DNA of 64,000 nt from a virus (taxonomy: Duplodnaviria > Caudoviricetes): IMG/VR virus record IMGVR_UViG_3300028914_000066, positions 28,970 to 92,969 of that record. One strand, 5' to 3'. Below are positions 19,768 through 30,100 of the stretch, piece by piece. The position numbers and the translations under genes are program-made. Position 1 is the stretch's first letter. Each line of letters starts with the position of its first letter. The notes beneath the pieces were generated by a model. That model did not search any database, had not been told where the DNA came from, and saw only the letters and a list, made by a program, of their open reading frames with translations.

Positions 19768-21194
19768 GTAGATATAGTTTAAAACGTGGAGGTCAAAGAC
19801 CTCAAGCTTGGATTGGAGCAGTTATTGGTTTAGCTAGTACAGCTGCTAGTTTATATAGTAATTGGAAAAATAGACAAGCTCAAGTTCAAATGAACAATGA
19901 TAATATTGCAGCACAAAATGCTGAATTACAAAGACAAAATCAATTACTTATGGCTAATAATCAAGCAAATACTTTAAATAATTATTATGCTAATGAGGAA
20001 TTGAGAAGAAGAAATTTAGGACAAGATTTAATTTATGCTTGTGGTGGTAAAAAAAGTCTTAGAGCTGCTACAGGTGCTAAAGTTGAAATAACTGATGGAC
20101 TTACAGGAATAGTTCCACTTGGTAACAATGCATTCCTTTTAGAGGGGAGTTCTCATAATCAAGTAAACGAAAGTGGACAAACAGGTATAGGAATGAAAAT
20201 AGGTAATAAAACTGTAGAACTTGAAGGTGGAGAACCTGTTCGTTTTACTGATGATAGTATGCAAGTATTTAGTAAAAGACTTAAATTAAAAGAATTAGGA
20301 GGACTTAGTCCTGCTAAAGCAATAGAATTAGGTTATAATCCTGATATAGTATTTCCTATACAACAAAAAGCTAATGGTAATAACAGCACCCCTGTAAAAG
20401 GAAATAGACATAAAGCAGGTTATGGAGATTGGATTAATTTTGGTAGTGATATAGCAACTGCTTTAGGTACAGCATTAATTAATAATAATGCATATAAGAA
20501 ATTAAATGTAAATCTTCAAAAACCTAATTATTATGAAGAAACACCTGTTATTTTAGATACTAAATATCATAATGCAGGACAACTTGCTAATTTAGAAAGA
20601 ATGAGATTAGCAGGTAATACAACTATAGGTAGAAATAGTGCTAATTCTCAACTTGCTCAAGCTAGAATGAGATTGAATAATCTTGATTATGGTTTGAAAC
20701 AAAACGAATTAATTGATTATGCTGCTAATTATAATGCTAATATGAGAAATCAGCAAGCTCAATTAGAACAAGGTGTAAGACAAAGAAATATAGCAGCTAA
20801 AAATTTATGGTCAGCACAAGTAGCAGATACTATTAATCGTGAAAGAGAATTAGGAAATAATCGTACTCTTATGAGAGGACAAAATTGGAGTAATATGTTA
20901 GCAGGATTTAATAGAGCTGGAACTAATTTATATACTGCAATTAATCAAAGAAAATCAGATACTGATGCTTTAAGAGCTTATATGGCTGCAAGTAATCCTG
21001 GAAGCGATGAAACTTTCTTACTTAATGGAGGAACTTTTGGACCTGAAGTTGATGCAGAATATTATAATAGATTTAGAAATGTTGCAAAGACAGAAGAACA
21101 AATAGCTTTAATGAATAAAATTAGAGGTAGAATGACACCTTGGCAAAGACGTCATTATCTTGGAGAAGATAAAGAAACAAGTAAGATTGGATAA
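19764..21194 (+). CDS. Virion cargo / ejection protein
   Basis: 476 aa. N-terminal hydrophobic AWIGAVIGLASTAASL, Q/N/A-rich coils and a GSSH…GIG…VELEGGE domain. Confidence 0.6.
   Translation: MSRYSLKRGGQRPQAWIGAVIGLASTAASLYSNWKNRQAQVQMNNDNIAAQNAELQRQNQLLMANNQANTLNNYYANEELRRRNLGQDLIYACGGKKSLRAATGAKVEITDGLTGIVPLGNNAFLLEGSSHNQVNESGQTGIGMKIGNKTVELEGGEPVRFTDDSMQVFSKRLKLKELGGLSPAKAIELGYNPDIVFPIQQKANGNNSTPVKGNRHKAGYGDWINFGSDIATALGTALINNNAYKKLNVNLQKPNYYEETPVILDTKYHNAGQLANLERMRLAGNTTIGRNSANSQLAQARMRLNNLDYGLKQNELIDYAANYNANMRNQQAQLEQGVRQRNIAAKNLWSAQVADTINRERELGNNRTLMRGQNWSNMLAGFNRAGTNLYTAINQRKSDTDALRAYMAASNPGSDETFLLNGGTFGPEVDAEYYNRFRNVAKTEEQIALMNKIRGRMTPWQRRHYLGEDKETSKIG
20385..20405 (-). repeat. Dispersed motif copy 6 (C-orientation)
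   Basis: agcacccctgtaaaaggaaat, the exact 21-bp reverse complement of 45322-45342; encodes STPVKGN. Confidence 0.9.
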
Positions 21195-21204
21195 TTAAGA
21201 ATTT

Positions 21205-21248
21205 TTATAGGAATATATTTGTGTATATTCCTATAATCGTTATATTTG
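21205..21248 (+). promoter_or_regulatory. Bacteroidota consensus promoter overlapped by a 13-bp inverted repeat
   Basis: TTTG at 21218-21, 19-bp spacer, TATATTTG at 21241-48. Arms ttataggaatata / tatattcctataa. Confidence 0.7.
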
Positions 21249-21272
21249 CACTTAAATAAATAGACAATAAAT

Positions 21273-22463
21273 ATGCCTACACTTGATGAAATAAATGGAG
21301 TTGCAGTTAGAACTCCTGTTAGAATGAATCTTGATGCTTATGCTCAAGCTCTAAATAAAATAGATCAAAGGGATTTAGCTGCTAGAGAAGAAATGTCTAG
21401 ATTAAATGCTGGTCTTGCTAATATAAAAGCTCAATTAAATGTAGCCGACTATGATTGGTTTGATACAAAAGTTGAAGAAATTAATAATATAATTAATAAA
21501 GAAGCAAGTTTTGGTAATTATGCTAATGCTTTAAATAAAGCAATTGAACTAAGTGGAACATATCTTCAAGATTCAGGTTTATTAGCTAGAATAAAAGCTA
21601 ATCAAGATTATGAAATTAAAAAGAAAGAAGTTCAAGCTTTAGCAGATACAGGTAAATTATCACCTATTACAGCAGATAGATGGTTAGCTGAAAATGAATA
21701 TAGATTTGATGAAGAAACAAATAGTCTTGCGACTTATAAAAGTCCTATTCATGGTGTTAATTTAGATAATGCTTTTAATTATGTTAATGCTATGACTTTA
21801 GCAAGAACTAATCAAAGACCTTTATATGAATATTTAGATGTAAACGGTAATACTACTAAAGAATTTGAATCTGCTATAACTAAATATCATGTTGAAAAAA
21901 CTACTTTAAGAACTACAGATCAATTATATAGTAATTTTGATACATATCTTCGTAATCATCAAGAAATATATGATTATCTTGAACAAGAAAGAGCTGATAA
22001 TGAATGGCAAATTTCAAAGTTAGAAGAACAATATGAAAATGTTACTAGTGAGGCAGAAAGAAATCTTTTAGAAAAACAAATAAATGCTCGTAAAAGATTA
22101 ACAAGAGATCCTAATAATTTAGATAATGAATTAGATGTTGTTCAATATCTTAAAAGTAGATCTGATAGTTTTATTCAAAATTTAGCTATAAATGATGTTA
22201 TAGCTAGTGAAAAAGTTCAACATTATACTAAGTCAGAAGATCAAGTTAAAAGTGAAGGTCAGAAAATAGTAGATGAAACTAAACCTAAATATGGAGTTAC
22301 AGTTCCAGGTACTACAGCTCAACCTAAATATGTAGGATTTAAAGGAGGAAAAGAATCATTTAAATCTGGAATTAAATCTTTTGTTGATAAAATGAAAGGA
22401 AATCAACAAGGATATACACAACAATATCAAAATTATAATAATGTTCCTTTCTTATCTAATTAA
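21273..22463 (+). CDS. Putative virion cargo protein (helical)
   Basis: 396 aa coiled-coil-rich ORF in the cargo block. Confidence 0.55.
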   Translation: MPTLDEINGVAVRTPVRMNLDAYAQALNKIDQRDLAAREEMSRLNAGLANIKAQLNVADYDWFDTKVEEINNIINKEASFGNYANALNKAIELSGTYLQDSGLLARIKANQDYEIKKKEVQALADTGKLSPITADRWLAENEYRFDEETNSLATYKSPIHGVNLDNAFNYVNAMTLARTNQRPLYEYLDVNGNTTKEFESAITKYHVEKTTLRTTDQLYSNFDTYLRNHQEIYDYLEQERADNEWQISKLEEQYENVTSEAERNLLEKQINARKRLTRDPNNLDNELDVVQYLKSRSDSFIQNLAINDVIASEKVQHYTKSEDQVKSEGQKIVDETKPKYGVTVPGTTAQPKYVGFKGGKESFKSGIKSFVDKMKGNQQGYTQQYQNYNNVPFLSN

Positions 22464-22481
22464 CAATAAATAAAATTAATT

Positions 22482-24176
22482 ATGTTAGATAAAAGCCAAT
22501 TTAATCAACAAGAATACGATAATTATATAAATAATTATAGGTATGAAGAAGCTGCTAATTATCTTGAGCAGTTTGAAATGGATAATGATATAGACCAAGC
22601 TCAATATAAATATTTTATTAATTCTTTGAGAAATGAAGGAAGTAGATATAATCGTCTTATTGATATAAGTAAAGATGGTCAAGCTATTAGATTTTCTCAA
22701 GATATAGCTAATGGAGTTTTATCTGATTCTAATAATAAATATATAAGAAGATATAATAGGAATTTAGATAAAATAGGTGTAGATCCAAATAATAATAAGA
22801 AAGCTAATTATTATAAAGTTTATTTTGAAGATAGTAAAACTTTTGATGATTTTCTTACACAAAGTGGTTATAATAAAGACGATTTACAATCTAAAGGTAT
22901 AAGTTATATTCCTGAAGATGGTAAAATTGTAATAAAATTTGATAGAGCTGAAAATAAAGATTTATATAATACTCTTTACGCTTTAGCTAAAATTCAAGCA
23001 GGTCCTAATTTTAGAATAAAAGGTTATTTAAAAACAAATAATGGTGATGATATAGATCTTAGTGTTAATCAAAATTATACTCCTAGTTCTTACAATAGAG
23101 GTGCTAATTCTTTAGAAAGATTAAATATTCAACAACAAGTAAATACTCCTGATTATTATAGAAATACTTATTATTCTCAATTACAAACTTTAGCTAATAT
23201 TGTTGATAGAACAAATGACATTGCTAGTAATGCTGAATTACAATTAAAAAATGACATTATTTCTAGTGAAATTGTAGCTAAAGATTTTAAAACTGCAGCT
23301 CATGCTAAACTTGATAGACTTAGAACAGAAGGCTTGAGTAAAACAGATTATGATGGTTATGTAAAACAATTAGATGATATTTATAAAAGTAGAATTATAC
23401 TTGAAGGTTTTTCTGATAATGATATTTATATGGTTGGAGATAAAGGAGATATTTATACAAAAATAGAAAAACCTAAAGACAAACTTGAATTAAAACAATA
23501 TCTTAATGCTATATTAGGTAATGAAACTGAATCTCAAAGATTAACTTATCGTGCTGCTATGTCAGGTAATATGGTAGGAACTATAATTACTGTTACACCT
23601 GATATTACAAATGATGGTAAAATAGTAAAAAATAAATTTAATACTAAGGCAGGTGTAAGTGTATTTATTCCAGATTTATTTCATGATGAATGCGAACAAT
23701 CTTTAAGAAGAGATACACAAATTAGAGCATTATTAGATTATAATAGTCTATCTTCTATAGGAAATGAACATTATCTTTATAATGGAAATATAATCAAGGA
23801 AGTTAATAATGATGGAGGTAAAATTTATTATAAAGAATTAAATGAATGGCTTCCTGCAAATAGAGAAGAAATATTACATTATCTTAATGAAGATAATTTA
23901 ATGAAAGATGGTATAGATAGATATGCTTATCTTACAAATAAAACAAATAATATAGCTTATAGAGATATACAATTTTTAGAAGGAGAAAATCCAAATACTG
24001 GAAAAGATGCTATTATAGAAGATGATATAAAACGATATTCTTATAATGCAGTAAAAGATTTAGGTTATGATGAAAATACTCCTGAATTTGATGCTAAATG
24101 GTATGATTTTTATATAAAATTGTTACATTCAGTTGATACTAAATTAAAGCCTACAATAATAGAAAATAAAAATTAA
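22482..24176 (+). CDS. Putative virion cargo protein
   Basis: 564 aa ORF between cargo genes. Confidence 0.55.
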   Translation: MLDKSQFNQQEYDNYINNYRYEEAANYLEQFEMDNDIDQAQYKYFINSLRNEGSRYNRLIDISKDGQAIRFSQDIANGVLSDSNNKYIRRYNRNLDKIGVDPNNNKKANYYKVYFEDSKTFDDFLTQSGYNKDDLQSKGISYIPEDGKIVIKFDRAENKDLYNTLYALAKIQAGPNFRIKGYLKTNNGDDIDLSVNQNYTPSSYNRGANSLERLNIQQQVNTPDYYRNTYYSQLQTLANIVDRTNDIASNAELQLKNDIISSEIVAKDFKTAAHAKLDRLRTEGLSKTDYDGYVKQLDDIYKSRIILEGFSDNDIYMVGDKGDIYTKIEKPKDKLELKQYLNAILGNETESQRLTYRAAMSGNMVGTIITVTPDITNDGKIVKNKFNTKAGVSVFIPDLFHDECEQSLRRDTQIRALLDYNSLSSIGNEHYLYNGNIIKEVNNDGGKIYYKELNEWLPANREEILHYLNEDNLMKDGIDRYAYLTNKTNNIAYRDIQFLEGENPNTGKDAIIEDDIKRYSYNAVKDLGYDENTPEFDAKWYDFYIKLLHSVDTKLKPTIIENKN

Positions 24177-24178
24177 TT

Positions 24179-27100
24179 ATGGATACTCAATCATATTTTG
24201 AACATGGAGGAGATTTAGTTAGAAATCCTAATTATTCTTCTAATAATGGGCAACCTAAATTTATAAACAAAACAGATGTAAGCAAGAGTAATAACCCTCT
24301 TGCTTCTGCTTTTTATAAATCAGGAGAAGAAGGTTATGGTTATACAGTAACAGATCCTGAATTAATTAATAAATCTAAAAAATATGGAGTTCCTTTAACA
24401 AGACAAAATGTTGAAAGTGGAACTCTTGATAAACAGTTTTATGATGCTCAAAGTGGATTAAATATGTTATTTAATTCATTAGAACAAACAATTGTAGGAG
24501 AAATAGGTCTTGGTACACTTAAAGGCTTTAGCGAAATAGCAGATATGATAGGTAATGCTATTACAGATAATGATTTCTTTAGAGAAAGCGGTCTTACAAA
24601 AGCTATAGCTGATTTACAAGAAAAAAATAAACAAGCTTTTAATATAAATACTCTTCCTAATATGCATTTAGGAAATGGAGCATTAACTAATGCTGGATGG
24701 TGGGCTAGTAATTTTCCTAGTGTTGCAAGTAGTTTTACTTTACTTATTCCTGCAAAAGCTATGACTGCAGCTCCTAGTGTTATTAGTAAAACAGTTAAAA
24801 GTTTAAATAAATCTGAAGATGTTGTTAATAGAGCAAAAAGAATTACTGCTTTTACTAAAAAAGGTAAAAAAGCTTTAAATGCACTAAATAAAGAAAATTA
24901 TTTAGGTCTTGGAGCTATTGGTAGAGAAGCTATAGCAGCTAAAAAAGAAATAGCTGCTAATGCTGCTTTTATGAGAACTATGGAAAATTACCAAGAAGCT
25001 AAACAAGTTAGTGAAGATGTATTTAATAGCGCAAGAGCAGAATTTGCTGATAAAGAAAAATATGCAGAATATTTAAGAAATAATCCTGAATTTGTTTCAG
25101 ATTTACAACAACAAGGTATTGATATTTCAGATAGTGATGAAGTTGCTCGTTATATTGCTAAAAAAGCAGCTAACAAAACATTTGCTATAGACTATGCAAA
25201 TATAGTATTTGATGTAATTCAAGTTGCAGCTTTACATAATCCTGCTAAAATAGGTAAAAATAATCCTTGGATTAGTAGAAAAGTTGCACAAGCAGATAGA
25301 CGTTCTCGTGTATCTCCTCTTAAACCACAAAATATAGTTGAGGCTGAAGAAAAAGCTTTAAAACTTCCAAAAAGAACAATTAATTATTTTAAAGATGTTG
25401 CAGGTGCAATTCCTACATTAGCAGCTGAAGCTAGTGAAGGTGTTGAAGAAGCCATAAACTATATTGCTCAGCAATGGGGTATGACTTATGGTAATATTCT
25501 TCTTGGAAAAGAAGAGAAAGATGTTAGTCTTGCAGATAAACTTTCAGAATATATGAAAAATCCTGAAATGTGGGATGCTGCAATTTGGGGTTGGTTTGGT
25601 GGTATAGGTTTTGAAATGTTTGGTTCAAAATATAATCAACTAACTAATGCTATATCTGAAAGAAGAAAAGATAAGGAAAATGGTGCTGAACTTAAATCTT
25701 TTGGTGAATATCTTAAAAATTCAGAAGATCCTTATAGAATAAAAGATATCAATAATCGTGTTGCATCAATGAACCTTCTTATAGAAAGAAATAGTATTCT
25801 TCATTCTGGAAAAAATGGAAAAAATCCATTTAAACCTGATGGTAAAGGAGGTTATGCTGATATAACAAGTGATGTAGAAAAAAGAGCTGTTCAAGAACAA
25901 ATCAATAGTGAATATATTGGAACTTTAACTCTTAGTGCTTTACAAGCAGGTAATTATCAATCTTTAAAATCTTATTTACAAGATGAAAATGTTCGTAGAG
26001 TATTAAAAGAACAAGGTATTATTTTAGGTGATGATACTGATACTTATCTTGACGATATGGTTACAAGAATGGAAACTATTGCAAATAAGTATGAAACACA
26101 TCTAGATAGACTTGATAAATTAACAGAAGATATTAATGAAAAAGTTCCTGTTGAATATTTACAAATGGTAGCTAGAGAAAATACTTTAGCTGAAATGGAA
26201 ATTGAATCTCTTAAATTAGACAGTAGTGTATTTGAAAATGAAATATCTAAACTTGAATCCACAATGTCTTTTAGTGATGGTAATGCAGCAACAGCTGTTG
26301 ATATTTATCATAATCTTAGAAATAAATCTAAAATTAATATTTTAGCATATAGACTTGCAGAAATACAAGCTAAATTAAAATTAATAAATGAAGATGATGA
26401 ATATAAAGATAGTATTTCTGGAGGTATAGAAATAGGAAAACTTAATGAACAAAAGAAAAAGATATTAAAAGAAATAAGAAAAACAGCTGGAGAACAAGCA
26501 GCTGCTGCTTCATTATGGTCTATACTTCAAGCAGAAAATGCTATAATAGATGATAATAATCAAGTTCAAGTAAATATGATGACTAAAGATTTTGCTGAAC
26601 TTGCATCTGCTATAGATAGACGTGATGAAAAAATTATAAAACAAGCTTTTATTAATAATGGCTTAAAAGATTTTGCTAGTAAATTAGACATAAATGCTTT
26701 TGTAAATGATGCTAAACAAGGAGAATATAATCTTTTTATTGATAATCTAGAAAAACTTGAAAAATATAGAGAAAATAATCCAGCTTTTGCTAAACAATAT
26801 CAAATTGCTGAATATATAAAATTATTACAGCTTGATAAACAATCTGATATTGTAACTAATAAAACTCAACTTCTTAAAAGATTAAATGCTATTAATGATT
26901 CTTTAGCAGATATTTATACTAGTGCTCAAAAACAAGCTAGACGCAATATACTTAATATTGCAAAGAAGTTAGAAAATGGTGAACAAAAAATATATAATTA
27001 TATATTTAATGGTGCAAAAATTGAAGGTCTTAGTGAACAAGATAAAATCTTATTAGATGAATCTATTGATATAATGGCTTTCAAAAAAGATAATGAAACA

Positions 27101-30100
27101 TTTAATAAAAGATTTGCTGAAGATCTTGGTCGTCAAGGTTATGAAAGAAAGATGAACGTAGAGAAGAAAAAGGTAAGTTCTTCTGCATCTGAAAATCCCT
27201 CAGAATCAAACGAAAGTTTAACTGAAGAGGATAGTCCACAAACCGACCATGAATCCAACACAGACAGGCAAAATGGCATTGAGGGCGAAAATACTGATAA
27301 AGATACCACACCGAAATTGCCAAAAGCAAAGATTACTATTAATGCTGATGATAATAATAAAATAATTGTTGAGTCTGTTGCAGATGATAGTACTGGTACT
27401 AATGTAGTTGAACTTGAACCTTTAGAAGAAAACAATTATAAAATAATAATTGCAAATGATGCTAATAATGTAAACGAATTATTGCAAAGTAGTACATTAT
27501 TTGTTGGATTTGATAGAACTAAAGAAAATAATGATAAATATGAAAGAGAAATAACTAGATCTCCTTATATTAATATAGGAAAAGATGAAAATACTGGAGA
27601 TGATATTTATAAAGTAGTAAATACAGGCAAAATTGTTTATAAAGAAAAACAACCTGAAGCTAAAGCATCAATTCCTTTTACGGGGGATTTAGATGGAGCT
27701 GATATACCTAAAGATGCTTTAGCAGATGTTAATGTTCCTCTTACTAGCACACCTTTAGGAAAAGAAATGTTTGATGCTAGACAAGATATTATGAGAGCTA
27801 AAAGTAAATTTTGGCTTGAATCTAAAACTCCTATTCAACAAATATGTGATGAATTAAATCAACAATTAGAAGAAATTTATGGTGATGGTGATAGAGAAAC
27901 ATTGGATGCTGTTAAACAAGATACTCCTAAAGTTGTAATATCAGGATTATTTGGCGAAAATGAAATTAAAGATGAAGAAATTCAAAATCTTAAAGAAGGT
28001 GTTGAAAATGTAGTAAAACATTCTATTATTGATGAAACTATTAAACTTGAAGAAGATGTTCTTAATTCAATTCATAAAATAATTCCTTATTATTTAAATA
28101 AACACAAATCTTCATCATTTAATATTGAAGGTAAAACTAAATATTATATTAATCTTAATCAACTTCTTGATGATATTAACGAATTATATGGAAATTCTGA
28201 CATTAGTGCTATAGTTCACGATTTTTTAGTATCATATCTTAATACTAATGAAGGTAAACAAAGATATGCTATTACTTATTTAGATCCTAATTCTCCAGAT
28301 TTTCTTGAAAAAATAAATGCTAAAGATGAAACTAGATCTGCTAATAATTTAAATACTATTCAAGAAGCCGATATTAACAAATTTGGCAAACAAGGTAGAA
28401 ATGAATTAAATAAATTAATTCCTGGAAGTAAGATTGATGTAGAAATTTCTCAATATGAGAATTATGATAAAATTGATGATTATTTATCATTGAAATATAA
28501 TGGTATAGAAATTGGAGGATTAGCTTTAGCTAATTATATTGATGGTAAATATAGTAAGTATACTCAAGGTTGGAATTATATATTATCTGAAGATAACGGT
28601 TATATAAATTGTAATTTATTAAATGTATTTATTGATTTACTTAATGATAAACACGTTTATAATACTTTATTAGAAATAAGAAGTGAAAATACAAGTGAAG
28701 AAGATAAAATTAGACTTAAAAGAAATTTAAATAAATATATAGCTAATTTTAAATATAATGGTGAAAGATTAGGTAAAAAATACGTATTTGAAGGAACTAA
28801 AGAAAATAAATCTAATAGAGGACAACAACCTGTAGAACATTTAATTCTTCTTACAACATATGATGAAGCTTTAGCTAAAGCAAGTTATGAAGAAGCTAAA
28901 CATTTATTACAAGACACTATTTATAAGTTTATACAAAAAATGTATTATACTTATGATGCAGCGAAAAGTGTTAAAGATAAATTAAATAGAGGAGAAAAAG
29001 TATCAATAACTGTAGATGAAATACCTGGTGGTAAATTATTACAACCTGTAGAATTTGTTACAAAAGATACTTATTCTCAATTAAATCAATCTAATATCGC
29101 TGTTGCAAATACTGATAAAGTATTTTTAGGTATAAAAGAATCTAATGAAAATGGTAATAGTGGTTTAACTGTATTAAATGATGGACAAGAAATATTTATA
29201 AATCACTTATATACAGGTAGTATTGTATTATCATTTAAAGACAAAAATGATAAATTTTGGCATACTAGAGCAGTATCTGTTAAATTTAATGATGAACACT
29301 TAGATAAAAATAGTAAAGCTTACGAATGTATTCAATTTATACAAGATGAATTTGGTAGAAGAATTGATGATTGGAATAAGAATAATGATAATTTTGTTTC
29401 TTTCGTTGATTATTGTAGAAAACTTTTTTCAAAGAATTATAAAGGTAAAGATAGTACTAATGAGTCTTTACTTAGAAATGTTCAATTCAGATATACTAAT
29501 AGTACTATTAGATTAGGTGATGAAAATAATATTTTAATTGAAATTTCTAGGAATAGAATTAAAGTAAGCGGTAAAAATGCTATTGAAACTATTTATAATA
29601 AAAAAGATATAACAGGTAATGACTTTAAAAAAATAATTAAACCTTTATTAGATAAATCTATATTTAATATAAGTTATACAATACTTAAAGAATTTAGTAA
29701 TAAAAATAAATCATCATTGACTAGTGGTTTTATTGATAGAAAAGTAGTTACTGATAACGATCCTACTGCTATTCAACTTAAAATAAATTCTGTTGATAAA
29801 AATATAGAACCTTTTGTTTATACAGCTAAAGACTATAAATCTTTATTAATAGAAGGAGGTTTTCTTAGAACAAATACTAAAAAGTATTCTTATAAAGATA
29901 AAAAAGGAAAAACAATTACTAAAGAAGATAATTTTGATTATAGTGAAAGTAGTAAATTTAAAATTATAGTTCCCAATTTCAATAAAGAAAATAATAGCTC
30001 CCCTGTAAAAGAAGAGATAACTAAAAATGATAGAGATATATCTAAAATAGAACAAATTATTCGTGAAGGTAAATATAATCCTATTAGAAAAGCATTTGAA

